Assembly: GCA_963662465.1 (NCBI GenBank)
Contig: OY759599.1
Span: 512,001 to 576,000 of the forward strand
From: Desulfatiglandales bacterium
GTDB lineage: Bacteria; Desulfobacterota; DSM-4660; Desulfatiglandales; Desulfatiglandaceae
Direction of reading: 5' to 3'
Length of the DNA: 64,000 nucleotides
Shown here: in pieces, positions 10,498 to 20,430 of the stretch
How positions within the stretch are numbered: the stretch's first letter is position 1
How the letters are laid out: every line of letters begins with the position of its first letter
Program-made: the position numbers and the translations under genes
The notes under the pieces: generated by a model
The model's input: only the letters and a program-made list of their open reading frames with translations
Database searches by the model: none
Told to the model about the DNA's origin: nothing

Positions 10498-13400
10498 ATG
10501 CCACCGCTAGACAGACAGATCCGGAATACACTTGAGAGAGCTATTAAAGATGCCCGTGATATCGCCGAGGCTGCTGCCCGCGCTGCGCTGGAGCAACTGG
10601 GTGTGGGTGAATCTACCCCGTTTTCACATTTGAGCAATGAGGAAAGGGTGCTCCGCCGAAAGCTGCGTGTCCATGGCCGTCAGCTGGGAGACGTTAGCAA
10701 CGGTGGGGGCAGACAGGAAATTGATCGGTTGACCGAAGAGGTGGCCTATGAGCATTGGCACCGTATGCTGTTTGCCCGTTTTCTGGCGGAGAACAATCTC
10801 TTGATGTATCCGGATCCGGATGATCCGGTAGCCGTTTCACTGGAAGAGTGCGAAGACCTGGCCCCTGATGAAGGTGCAGCCAATGGCTGGGAGCTGGCCG
10901 CTCGTTTTGCTGCCCGCATGCTACCCCAGATTTTCCGGCCCGACTCCCCGGTATTTCAGCTAACGCTGCCGCCGGAACACCAGCAGAAACTTGAGCAACT
11001 TGTTGCGGATTTGCCACCGGAGGTGTTTGCCGCCTCCGATTCTTTAGGCTGGGTGTATCAGTTCTGGCAGGCGAAAAAGAAAGACGAGGTTAATGCCTCC
11101 GAGGTGAAGATCGGCGCACGGGAACTGCCTGCCGTCACCCAGCTTTTCACCGAGCCGTATATGGTCAGCTTCCTCTTGGATAACTCCCTGGGGGCATGGT
11201 GGGTGAAGCAGTTGTCAGTTGTCAGTGGTCAGTTATCAGGAAAAGCCCGAGAGATTTTGACAACAGCTGAAAATGAGCAGGAACTTCGTGATTTTTTCAG
11301 TATCCCCGGTGTTCCCCTTTCTTATTTAAGGTTCGTTAAAACTGATAACTGCACGCTGAAGCCTGACAACTCCAGCGTCTTCGAGGGTGAACATTGGATG
11401 CCCGCAAGCGGCTGGTTTGAGGGATGGCCCGATAACCTCTCAGAATTAAAAACACTGGACCCTTGCTGCGGCTCGGGACATTTTCTGGTGGCGGCCTTTT
11501 TGATGTTGGTGCCCATGCGCATGGAACTGGACGGCCTCTCGGTCCGGGAAGCCGTGGATGCCGTGCTACATGAAAACATCCATGGCCTTGAAATTGATAA
11601 ACGCTGTGTGGAGCTGGCCGCTTTTGCTCTGGCTTTGGCGGCATGGCAATATCCTGGTGCCAGTGGTTACCGAACTTTGTCGGAGCTGAATATAGCGTGT
11701 TCAGGGCTTGCAATCAGCACCAAAAAAGACGAGTGGCTCGCTTTGGCAGGTGCCGACACAAATTTGTGTTTTGCGTTGGAGGAGCTCTACAAGCAGTTCA
11801 AGGATGCATCGGTTCTAGGCAGTTTGATCAACCCAAAGACTAGCCTTGGGAAAGGATCGCTGTTCGAGCTGAAGTGGGAGGATGTTGGCCCGCTGCTAAC
11901 GAAGGCGTTGTTGGAAAAGCCCGATGACGAAATCCTAGAAATAGGTGTGATAGCAAGGGGTTTGTCAAAATCCGCGCAATTGTTGGCTAATAGATACCAT
12001 TGCCTGTTTACAAATGTTCCCTATCTAACTCGGGGTAAACAAGGTGATACGCTTCGTAGCTTCCTAGAATATCAACACAAATATAGCAAACACGATTTGG
12101 CGACTGCCTTTTTAGAGAGATGCCTTGATTTTTGTGCAGACGGTGGCACCGTTAGCGCTGTTATTCCACAAAACTGGATGTTTCTTTCCAGTTATCGCAA
12201 TTTTAGGCAGGGACTACTTAAAGAGCATCAATGGAATAGTGTGATTCGTCTTGGGTTTGCAGCATTTGATGTAATGGATTGGTGGGCATTCAATACAAGC
12301 TTGTTTGCAATAACAAGGGGGGAAAATAAAAATAGATTTTTTTTTGGGTTGGACGTCTCCGAGCCCCGTACCATCACCGAAAAATCCGCTGGGCTCTTGA
12401 CTTCGGAAATTAAATGCGTGGAACAAGCCAGTCAGCTAAAAAATCCAGATGCGCGCATTGCTTTTGATGAGATGCAGGGTGAATTACTTGAGGAATATGC
12501 AACCTCCCTAAATGGAATGCACGGTGCGGATGCTCCTAGATTCAGGATGTATTACTGGGAAGTGAACGGTTTAACGACTTGGAGATTTCTCCAAAACACT
12601 GTGGAATCGATCACCGTTTTTGGCGGGCGAAGCCAAGTTTTTTATTGGCCTAATGATGTTTTTTACCTACATAATTCTAAAGCACGTATTCAGGGAATGA
12701 AAGGATGGGATAGAAAAGGTGTAGCGATTAGCATGATGGGTACACTTCCTTGTACACTATCTACTGGCGAGGCATTTGATATTAGTTGTTCCTCAGTTAT
12801 ACCCAAAATAACCGCTCACCTCCCCTCCATTTGGTGCTTCTGCTCCTCACCGAAGTACAACAAAACGGTACGTTGTATAGATCAAAAAGTGAATGTTACC
12901 AACGCCACGCTGGCCAAAGTGCCCTTCGACCTTAACCAATGGACCAAGGTCGCCGAAGAAAAATACCCCAACGGCCTACCCAAACCCTATTCCCATGATC
13001 CCACACAATGGATCTTCCACGGCCATCCCTCTGGCTCTGTGGTGTGGGATGAGAAAAGCAAATGGACCGCGCGCGGCTCGCTCCGCAACGATGACACGGT
13101 TCTGCATGTCGCAGTTGCCCGCCTTCTCGGTTACCGCTGGCCTGCGGAGTTGGACCTAAACATGGAAGTGGCCGATGAACAGCGCGAATGGGTAAAACGT
13201 TGTGGACAGCTTCTGCCCTACGCCGACAAAGACGGCATCGTCTGCATCCCGCCGGTGCGAGGTGAAGCGACATGCGCCGATCGCTTGCTCAACCTGCTGG
13301 CGGCCACCTACGGCGATGTCTGGTCCAATGGCACCTTGCCTGAACTTCTCAAAAACACCAACCATGCTGGCAAAACCCTTGAAACCTGGCTGCGAGAGAA

Positions 13401-13953
13401 ATTTTTCATCCAACACTGCAAACTGTTCAAACACCGCCCCTTCATCTGGCACATCTGGGACGGCCTACGCGACGGTTTTGCCGCCCTGGTCAACTACCAC
13501 AAGCTTGATCAAAAAAACCTGGAAACCCTCATCTACACCTACCTGGGTGACTGGATCAGCCGCCAGAAGCAGGATATCACAACCGGTGTGGACGGCGCGG
13601 AAGAAAAACTGGCGGCCGCCGAAGGGCTCAAAAAACGCCTGGAATTGATCCTCGAAGGCGAATCCCCTTACGATATCTTCATCCGGTGGAAACCCATTGA
13701 AAAGCAACCCATGGGTTGGAACCCGGACTTAAACGACGGCGTGCGTTTAAACATAAGACCCTTTATGACCGTCCCGGATGTGGGCAAAAAAGGGGCCGGC
13801 GTCCTGCGCGACAAACCCAACATCAAATGGAACAAGGACCGGGGCAAGGATGTGGTCTCCGCGCCGTGGTATCACCTGTTCAAAGGGGACCGGATCAATG
13901 ATCATCATCTGACCCTTGAGGAAAAAAATAAAGTTAGAAATCCAAACAGATAA
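10498..13953 (+). CDS. pglX: BREX adenine methyltransferase PglX (BrxX)
   Basis: EEVAYEHWHRMLFARF, LGWVYQFW, PAVTQLFT, motif I LDPCCGSGHFL, motif IV variant TNVPY, RPFIWH and PDLNDGVRLNIRP. Confidence 0.92.
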   Translation: MPPLDRQIRNTLERAIKDARDIAEAAARAALEQLGVGESTPFSHLSNEERVLRRKLRVHGRQLGDVSNGGGRQEIDRLTEEVAYEHWHRMLFARFLAENNLLMYPDPDDPVAVSLEECEDLAPDEGAANGWELAARFAARMLPQIFRPDSPVFQLTLPPEHQQKLEQLVADLPPEVFAASDSLGWVYQFWQAKKKDEVNASEVKIGARELPAVTQLFTEPYMVSFLLDNSLGAWWVKQLSVVSGQLSGKAREILTTAENEQELRDFFSIPGVPLSYLRFVKTDNCTLKPDNSSVFEGEHWMPASGWFEGWPDNLSELKTLDPCCGSGHFLVAAFLMLVPMRMELDGLSVREAVDAVLHENIHGLEIDKRCVELAAFALALAAWQYPGASGYRTLSELNIACSGLAISTKKDEWLALAGADTNLCFALEELYKQFKDASVLGSLINPKTSLGKGSLFELKWEDVGPLLTKALLEKPDDEILEIGVIARGLSKSAQLLANRYHCLFTNVPYLTRGKQGDTLRSFLEYQHKYSKHDLATAFLERCLDFCADGGTVSAVIPQNWMFLSSYRNFRQGLLKEHQWNSVIRLGFAAFDVMDWWAFNTSLFAITRGENKNRFFFGLDVSEPRTITEKSAGLLTSEIKCVEQASQLKNPDARIAFDEMQGELLEEYATSLNGMHGADAPRFRMYYWEVNGLTTWRFLQNTVESITVFGGRSQVFYWPNDVFYLHNSKARIQGMKGWDRKGVAISMMGTLPCTLSTGEAFDISCSSVIPKITAHLPSIWCFCSSPKYNKTVRCIDQKVNVTNATLAKVPFDLNQWTKVAEEKYPNGLPKPYSHDPTQWIFHGHPSGSVVWDEKSKWTARGSLRNDDTVLHVAVARLLGYRWPAELDLNMEVADEQREWVKRCGQLLPYADKDGIVCIPPVRGEATCADRLLNLLAATYGDVWSNGTLPELLKNTNHAGKTLETWLREKFFIQHCKLFKHRPFIWHIWDGLRDGFAALVNYHKLDQKNLETLIYTYLGDWISRQKQDITTGVDGAEEKLAAAEGLKKRLELILEGESPYDIFIRWKPIEKQPMGWNPDLNDGVRLNIRPFMTVPDVGKKGAGVLRDKPNIKWNKDRGKDVVSAPWYHLFKGDRINDHHLTLEEKNKVRNPNR

Positions 13954-14040
13954 CAACCATATTGCACAATAACACTTCTTATGTTGTATTGCGGAATTCA
14001 TGTTATGGAATAAAACCCACAAGAATGAGGGAGGCATATC

Positions 14041-15147
14041 ATGTTGAAGAGGCTATACGCCAACAACTATCGTTGTTTGGTCAATTTTGAGATACATTTC
14101 GATGAGCTGACCCTTTTAATCGGCCCGAACGGTGGTGGAAAATCCACCTTGTTTGATTTCCTGTACAAGATTCGCCACCTGATAGTGGATAATGCCAAGG
14201 TCGCGGAAGTATTTCCACCCGAGGATCTTACCGCCTGGATCAATCAAACCGAACAATCTTTTGAGCTTGACGTGCAAGGTGAGGATGGTCTTTTTTCCTA
14301 CAAGATGGTCATTTCCCATCATCCCGAAACCAGGAAACAGAGAATTGAATTGGAACATCTATTATTGGATGGGAAAACGCTGTTCGAGTTCAAAATGGGG
14401 GAAGTAAAGCTCTACCACGATGACCATAAACCGGGCCAGGAATATTCTTTCGACTGGTCCGTTTCGGCCCTGGCAACCATTGCTTCAAGACCAGACAATA
14501 AGAAACTGACATGGTTTAAGGGATGGCTGGAGAGATTATTTATTGTCAGTCTTCAGCCCAAGGCCATGGTTTCGGAAACGGCGGAAGAATCAAGCTGGCT
14601 GCACCGGAATGGAAGCAATTTTGCCTCATGGTATCGCTATATATCCCAAGAGCACCAGGACAGAATCTTCGGATTGACTGAACAACTTCGCGACGTCCTG
14701 CCCGGCTTTCATGCCTTTAAGCTGGAACAGGCGGGAAAGCATCGAATTCTGAAAGCCGGATTTGGCGGCGAAGATCAAAACGCACCAAAAATATATTTTG
14801 ATTTTGAGCAACTCTCAGATGGTCAACGCATCATCATGATTCTCTATTCTCTACTGATCGGCCTACAGGCCATGGGCCATACCCTGTTTATCGAAGAACC
14901 GGAAAACTATGTTTCTTTACCGGAAATCCAACCCTGGCTGATGGAACTAAACGATGCTTGTGGTGAGGGGTTCCCGCAAGCGGTATTGATTAGCCATCAT
15001 CCGGAGCTGATCGACTATTTAGGTCCTGAAAGCAGTCAATGGCTTGTAAGGGACCCTCTGGGTCCGAGCCGCGTAAAAAAACTACCAACAGAAATTGAAC
15101 AGGGGCTGAAGCTTTCCGAAAAAATTGCCAGAGGGTGGGTCGAATGA
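14041..15147 (+). CDS. ABC-type (AAA_21/AAA_15-like) ATPase inserted in BREX
   Basis: N-terminal NNYRCL, Walker A GPNGGGKS, signature LSDGQR, Walker B/D-loop LFIEEPENY and H-loop ISHHP; no transmembrane segments. Confidence 0.85.
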   Translation: MLKRLYANNYRCLVNFEIHFDELTLLIGPNGGGKSTLFDFLYKIRHLIVDNAKVAEVFPPEDLTAWINQTEQSFELDVQGEDGLFSYKMVISHHPETRKQRIELEHLLLDGKTLFEFKMGEVKLYHDDHKPGQEYSFDWSVSALATIASRPDNKKLTWFKGWLERLFIVSLQPKAMVSETAEESSWLHRNGSNFASWYRYISQEHQDRIFGLTEQLRDVLPGFHAFKLEQAGKHRILKAGFGGEDQNAPKIYFDFEQLSDGQRIIMILYSLLIGLQAMGHTLFIEEPENYVSLPEIQPWLMELNDACGEGFPQAVLISHHPELIDYLGPESSQWLVRDPLGPSRVKKLPTEIEQGLKLSEKIARGWVE

Positions 15148-15704
15148 GCAAACGACGCGTGAAAATCGTAGTTCTTTGTGAGGATTCACAACACGAAGCC
15201 TTTATTCGAAGATTCCTCAAGGGAATGGGGTGGGATACAAGAGTGATCCGCATCGAAAAAAGCCCATCAGCCCTCGGTGCCGCGGAACAGTGGGTAAGAG
15301 AAAAATTCGTTTACGAACTGATGGCTTATCGGCAGCGGCGACAACGGGCGGCCTCTGCTCTAATGACAATGATTGATGCGGATAAAAAAGACGTGCTGGA
15401 TCGGATCAATGAATTCGAGGAGACATGTAATGCTCAGCAAATAGCATTTCGGGCTGTTGACGAGGCTGTGGCAATTGCAGTCCCGAAACGAAATATCGAG
15501 ACATGGATCCACTACCTGGATGGAAACACTGTGGATGAAAACCGATCCAAACCTTATCGCAAGTTGGAAAGGGCACGTAATTGTAAACCCGCTGTGGACA
15601 GGCTCGTACAATTGTGTAAGACAACCGGACTTCCATCGGATACCCCCCAAGCGTTGTTGACGGCCTGCCATGAGTATAATGCTAGAATAAGGCCGATGGG
15701 TTAA
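15144..15704 (+). CDS. TOPRIM-like partner of the ATPase (DUF4276/RloB/AriB-like)
   Basis: ATGA overlap with the ATPase gene. VVLCED, MIDAD (DxD) and PKRNIETW motifs. Confidence 0.6.
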   Translation: MSKRRVKIVVLCEDSQHEAFIRRFLKGMGWDTRVIRIEKSPSALGAAEQWVREKFVYELMAYRQRRQRAASALMTMIDADKKDVLDRINEFEETCNAQQIAFRAVDEAVAIAVPKRNIETWIHYLDGNTVDENRSKPYRKLERARNCKPAVDRLVQLCKTTGLPSDTPQALLTACHEYNARIRPMG

Positions 15705-15748
15705 ATTGGCCTTATTGAGGTTTTCAAAGATCAGCCGGGAGGTACTTA

Positions 15749-18103
15749 TTGACCCAAATAATTGAAATACTGACCCAAACCATCCGTTCCGCTGCCGTAT
15801 ACAATCCGGAAGTGCAAGTGGCCCCTGCATGCATCCTTTGGCCGGACCGGGACCACCAGTGGGAAGCAGTTATTCTGCGGCTTCAGGCCGAGTTGCCGGA
15901 GCTGTTTGTTTTGGGGGACTATGCCCCGGAAAAGCGAACCGGCCCAGCCATCTGGTTGCGCTGTATTCTTGCAGACATGGTGGAAGAGGTTTCGATCCCG
16001 GAGGGGTGGACACCGGTCTTTTATCTACCCGGTATCAGCCGCCAAGACCTGCGTGCCGTTGAAAGCTGTCCCGATCATCTAAAACCGTTGGCCGAACTCC
16101 AGTACAGGGGAGTGATCTGGTCGCAGATCAACGCCAAGGACTGGACCATCCTCGCGTTTCTGAAATCGGATCAGGGGGGATTAGGCCTGGATGTGGCCCA
16201 GGACAATGACGCCAAAAACGCCATGCAGTTGGCACTCTATCGGTTAGTGGATGAAGATGTGGCCTTGTTAGAAGGTAAACGCCTTGATAAAGATTACTTC
16301 AATACCCTGCTAACCGGTGGCGATCCAGTACGGGACCTGCTGCAATGGCTTGACCAGGGCGAGGCCTTTCAGGCTGCCCATGGCGAAAACGAATGGCGGG
16401 CCTTTCTGGAAGTCTGTAAATCTCAACTGGCCTTTAACCCCCAAAATGAGGGCGTGTTAACCGGCGCTTCCAAACTTGCGGAGCAAGAAGGCCCCTGGCA
16501 TGTGGTATGGGAACGGTTTTGCGAGGCCCCCAAACGATACCCCAACATTCCCACCCAGATCCGAAAATGCCGGCCCCCCAGTGACACCATGCTATGGGAC
16601 ATGGGTGGCGAAAAATATCATGGATGGCCCCAATGGAATACAGATCAGGAAGCCTTACTCCGTGAAGCATTGAATGGATTGAATGCCCTACCACCCCATG
16701 AGGCTCGAAATCGGCTGGCGGAATTGGAGAAACGCCATCATCAAAGGCGGCTTCTGGTCTGGGCCGAACTGGAAGAAGCGCCTCTTGCACGCGCACTCAA
16801 ACATCTGGCGGTTCTGGCGGAGACCACAGCAAGCTCAATTGCAGCGGGTTCACCACAAGAGATGGCCGCAGCCTACGACCATTCGGGCTGGCTGGCGGAT
16901 GATGCCGTCGTGCATGCCCTTGCCTGTGTGGCAAGAAATGAAGATTTTGAAGCCGTTACTTCGGCCATTTGCGCTGTTTACACAGCCTGGGCTGAAGACG
17001 CAGCGCTGCACCTCCAAAACGCAGTGGAAAAGGAAGGCTATCCGGGGGAATCCGTTGTCACACAGAAACCGAGGTCTTACAGCGTTGATGAATGTGTGCT
17101 GTTTGTGGATGGGCTTCGTTTCGATGCGGCCAGAAGGCTGGGGGAACTTCTTTCTCAAGAGGGCTGCCGGCTGGAAGAACGGATTTGCTGGGCGCCGCTA
17201 CCCACGCTCACTGCCACGGGAAAGCCTTTTGCATCGCCTGTATGGGATCAGATCAGAGGTCAAGATGCCGGCAATGATTTTGAGCCCTGCGTGTCAAAAA
17301 CCGGGAAATCGCTGGCAGGCGGTTATCATTTGAAGAAACTGCTGGCGGATGCCGGTTGGAAAGTCCTTAAAGGCATAGCCGGCGGGGACGACAAAATAAA
17401 CGCCTGGTGTGAATTTGGAAATATTGACCATGAGGGCCACGACAGAGGGTGGAAACTGGCGGGTCGCCTGGAGAACATGTTGAAGGAAATTCGCGACCAA
17501 ATAACGGGGCTTTTGTCGGCAGGCCGGCAGGCCGTTCGTATCGTCACCGACCATGGATGGTTGTTGCTGCCGGGAGGACTCCCCAAAACCGAGCTTCCCA
17601 GTGCGCTTACGGAGAATAAATGGGGCCGTTGTGCGGCGTTAAAGCCTGGGGCATCATCCGATGTTCGAGTATTTCCATGGTACTGGAATCCCAATCAATA
17701 CGTGGCATTGGCAAGCGGTATCAGCTGCTTCCGTAAGGGGATGGAGTACACCCATGGAGGGCTGAGCCTACAGGAAAGCCTGCTGTTGGAACTAAAGATC
17801 ACGCCCCAGGCCGCAACGCCCGCTCACACGGTTCAAATCACTGATGTGGTATGGAAGGGATTACGGTGCACCATTGGGGCGGAGGGAAAATTTGAAGGGT
17901 TGTCTCTGGATATTCGTAAGCAGCCTGGAAACCCGTCAAGCAGTGTGGTGTTGAGCGCCAAACCTCTCAAAAAAAACGGGACCGCTTCAGTGGTTGTGGA
18001 GGATGAAGAAATGGAGGGATCATCTGCTTTCATCATTTTATTCGATACGGATGGAGCTCCGACGGCACAGACGGATACAACCATTGGTGGGGACGAAAAA
18101 TGA
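15749..18103 (+). CDS. pglZ: BREX phosphatase-family protein PglZ
   Basis: LFVDGLRFD, LPTLTATGK, IDHEGH, IVTDHGW and YTHGGLSLQE motifs. Confidence 0.92.
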   Translation: MTQIIEILTQTIRSAAVYNPEVQVAPACILWPDRDHQWEAVILRLQAELPELFVLGDYAPEKRTGPAIWLRCILADMVEEVSIPEGWTPVFYLPGISRQDLRAVESCPDHLKPLAELQYRGVIWSQINAKDWTILAFLKSDQGGLGLDVAQDNDAKNAMQLALYRLVDEDVALLEGKRLDKDYFNTLLTGGDPVRDLLQWLDQGEAFQAAHGENEWRAFLEVCKSQLAFNPQNEGVLTGASKLAEQEGPWHVVWERFCEAPKRYPNIPTQIRKCRPPSDTMLWDMGGEKYHGWPQWNTDQEALLREALNGLNALPPHEARNRLAELEKRHHQRRLLVWAELEEAPLARALKHLAVLAETTASSIAAGSPQEMAAAYDHSGWLADDAVVHALACVARNEDFEAVTSAICAVYTAWAEDAALHLQNAVEKEGYPGESVVTQKPRSYSVDECVLFVDGLRFDAARRLGELLSQEGCRLEERICWAPLPTLTATGKPFASPVWDQIRGQDAGNDFEPCVSKTGKSLAGGYHLKKLLADAGWKVLKGIAGGDDKINAWCEFGNIDHEGHDRGWKLAGRLENMLKEIRDQITGLLSAGRQAVRIVTDHGWLLLPGGLPKTELPSALTENKWGRCAALKPGASSDVRVFPWYWNPNQYVALASGISCFRKGMEYTHGGLSLQESLLLELKITPQAATPAHTVQITDVVWKGLRCTIGAEGKFEGLSLDIRKQPGNPSSSVVLSAKPLKKNGTASVVVEDEEMEGSSAFIILFDTDGAPTAQTDTTIGGDEK

Positions 18104-20148
18104 CAGAAATGGATACCATTGACAAACTCGCCGCCGCATCCCTTGAGGGATATTTGGTCCGAAAAGACCTGGTCCGAACGTTTAGCCGACAGTTTCCCGT
18201 GCCCACTTACGTGGTAGAGTTTCTTCTGGGACGGTATTGTGCCAGTATCGATCCCGAGGAAATCGAAGAGGGCCTGGAGATCGTCCAACGCCAGCTTCAG
18301 GCGCGCACCGTCAAGGCGGGCGAGGCCGAACTCTTCAAGGCAAGGGCAAGGGAAAATGGAGAGGTGAAGATTATCGACCTGGTCACAGCGCGCCTGGATG
18401 CCTCAACGGATTCCTATTTGGCCGCTCTTCCCAGTCTACAGCTCACCAACGTGCGGATCAGCCCGGAACTGGTCAATACCCATGAGCGGATGCTCACAGG
18501 AGGATTTTACGCGGAGATCTCTCTCACCTACGACGCCGCCATCGCCCAGGAAAACAAGGGAAGGCCCTTTGGTGTGGAAACACTGCGGGAGATCCAGCTA
18601 TCCAAACGGGAGGTGTTGGACGAGCTGGCGGAGGCGCGAAAATCCTTTGATGTGGAACAATGGAAAGCGTTTTTACTTCGAAGTATCGGAATCGAGCCCA
18701 CAACACTTTCGGAAAGGGCCAAAAATGCCTTTTTGCTCAGGATGGTGCCCTTTGTGGAGCGAAATTACAACCTGGTGGAACTGGGGCCGCGCGGCACCGG
18801 AAAAAGCCATCTGTTTCAACAGATTTCACCCTATGCCCATCTGGTTTCAGGTGGAAAGGCAACGGTGGCCAGGATGTTTGTCCATATGGGCACGGGCCAG
18901 CGGGGTCTAGTGTGCCAGTACGATGTGGTTTGTTTTGACGAAATTTCGGGCATTTCTTTTGATCAAAAAGATGGCGTTAATATCCTCAAGGGGTATATGG
19001 AGTCCGGCGAATTCAGTCGGGGCAAGGAGAGCATCCGGGCGGATGGGTGTATCGTTCTCGTGGGGAACTTTGATGTAGATGTGGAACATCAGCAGCGTAT
19101 CGGTCATCTTTTCGGCCCTATGCCTACGGAAATGCGCGATGATACCGCATTTATGGACCGTATCCATGGCTATCTGCCCGGGTGGGATGTGCCCAAGATT
19201 CGGAAAGAGCTGCTCACGAACCATTTCGGCCTGGTTAGCGATTTCCTATCCGAATGTTGGAGCAGGCTTCGAGACCAGAGCCGGATTCATGCCCTGCAAA
19301 ATAAGGTTTTTTTTGGAGGATCACTCAGTGGTCGAGATACTAATGCGGTTAACAAAACGGTTAGCGGCCTTCTGAAATTGATTCATCCAGGTGCTGACAC
19401 CGATTATTCCGAAGAAACCCTGGAATGGGCTGTCCGCATCGCCATGGAGGCCAGGCGCAGGGTGAAGGAACAACAGAAGAGGATCGGTGCTGCTGAGTTT
19501 AGAAATACCCATTTCAGCTATGTCATGGGAGCCGATGGGATTGAGCAGTTTGTTTCAACACCCGAGCTTCAGAGCGAAAACAGCATCGGGAGTGATCCTT
19601 TGGAACCGGGTCAGATCTGGACCATCAGCCCTGGAGGAATGGACGACCATCCAGGCTTGTACCGCATTGAAGTAAACGAAGGACCGGGTTCGGGGGTAAA
19701 AATTCTCAATAAGCCGGTTCCACCCGCCTTTCGGGAGAGTACCGGATTTGCGGAGCAGAACCTGTACGCCCGGGCCGGGCAATTGGTAGGGGACAAGGAT
19801 CCGCGGCACCATGAATTTACAGCCCAGCTTCGCGCTTTTGATGCGTCCAAGTCAGGGGCAAAACTGGGTGTAGCCATCCTGATTGCTCTTTGTACCGCTC
19901 TCCTCAAGAAGAGCGTCCGGGGTGGACTGATCATTATCGGAGAAATCAACCTGGGTGGTTCCATAGAACCCGTCCATAATTCAGTCTCAATGGCCGAAAT
20001 CGCCGTGGAGAAAGGCGCCACTGCCCTACTCATGCCCGTCGCCTGTCGCCGCCGGCTATTCGATCTTTCTGACGACATGGCTACAAAGGTCGATATCCAG
20101 TTCTATTCCGATGCCAGGGATGCGCTTTTGAAGGCGATTGTGGATTAG
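18100..20148 (+). CDS. brxL: BREX Lon-like/AAA+ protein BrxL
   Basis: VPTYVVEFLLG, ELGPRGTGKSH, DVVCFDE, DTAFMDR and a C-terminal Lon-like domain; ATGA overlap with pglZ. Confidence 0.93.
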   Translation: MTEMDTIDKLAAASLEGYLVRKDLVRTFSRQFPVPTYVVEFLLGRYCASIDPEEIEEGLEIVQRQLQARTVKAGEAELFKARARENGEVKIIDLVTARLDASTDSYLAALPSLQLTNVRISPELVNTHERMLTGGFYAEISLTYDAAIAQENKGRPFGVETLREIQLSKREVLDELAEARKSFDVEQWKAFLLRSIGIEPTTLSERAKNAFLLRMVPFVERNYNLVELGPRGTGKSHLFQQISPYAHLVSGGKATVARMFVHMGTGQRGLVCQYDVVCFDEISGISFDQKDGVNILKGYMESGEFSRGKESIRADGCIVLVGNFDVDVEHQQRIGHLFGPMPTEMRDDTAFMDRIHGYLPGWDVPKIRKELLTNHFGLVSDFLSECWSRLRDQSRIHALQNKVFFGGSLSGRDTNAVNKTVSGLLKLIHPGADTDYSEETLEWAVRIAMEARRRVKEQQKRIGAAEFRNTHFSYVMGADGIEQFVSTPELQSENSIGSDPLEPGQIWTISPGGMDDHPGLYRIEVNEGPGSGVKILNKPVPPAFRESTGFAEQNLYARAGQLVGDKDPRHHEFTAQLRAFDASKSGAKLGVAILIALCTALLKKSVRGGLIIIGEINLGGSIEPVHNSVSMAEIAVEKGATALLMPVACRRRLFDLSDDMATKVDIQFYSDARDALLKAIVD

Positions 20149-20430
20149 GGTGAGCGCGTTTTCCTAATGCCTCGATTATCATATTGTCCAAATAGCATCT
20201 GAACATTTCGGCTTTGCGGAACCCACGTTATATCAGTGGGTTTCGAGCGGGCGTCTACTTAGAGGAAAACATTGCTTGAAAGTCGGTGTGCGTATTGTTA
20301 TCATCCGATGCTTTTATTGATTTCATGCGGAACGATGGATCAGCCTTTGAAAACGCATTCGAAAATGCCAAAAAAGGTAATGTCAAGGTAACGCCCTCTG
20401 TAAGTGTTTGGAATAAAAGGTAGGTCCTTT

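Larger units (their letters stand above)
5613..20148 (+). mobile_element. BREX defence island between proS and rel/spoT
   Basis: Eight co-directional genes between housekeeping genes with AT-rich flanks; no integrase seen. Confidence 0.6.

Noticed and set aside
19560..20148. BrxL as an active Lon protease
   Set aside because: No clear Lon catalytic Ser motif (DGPSAG) is present; this is expected for BrxL and is not novel.
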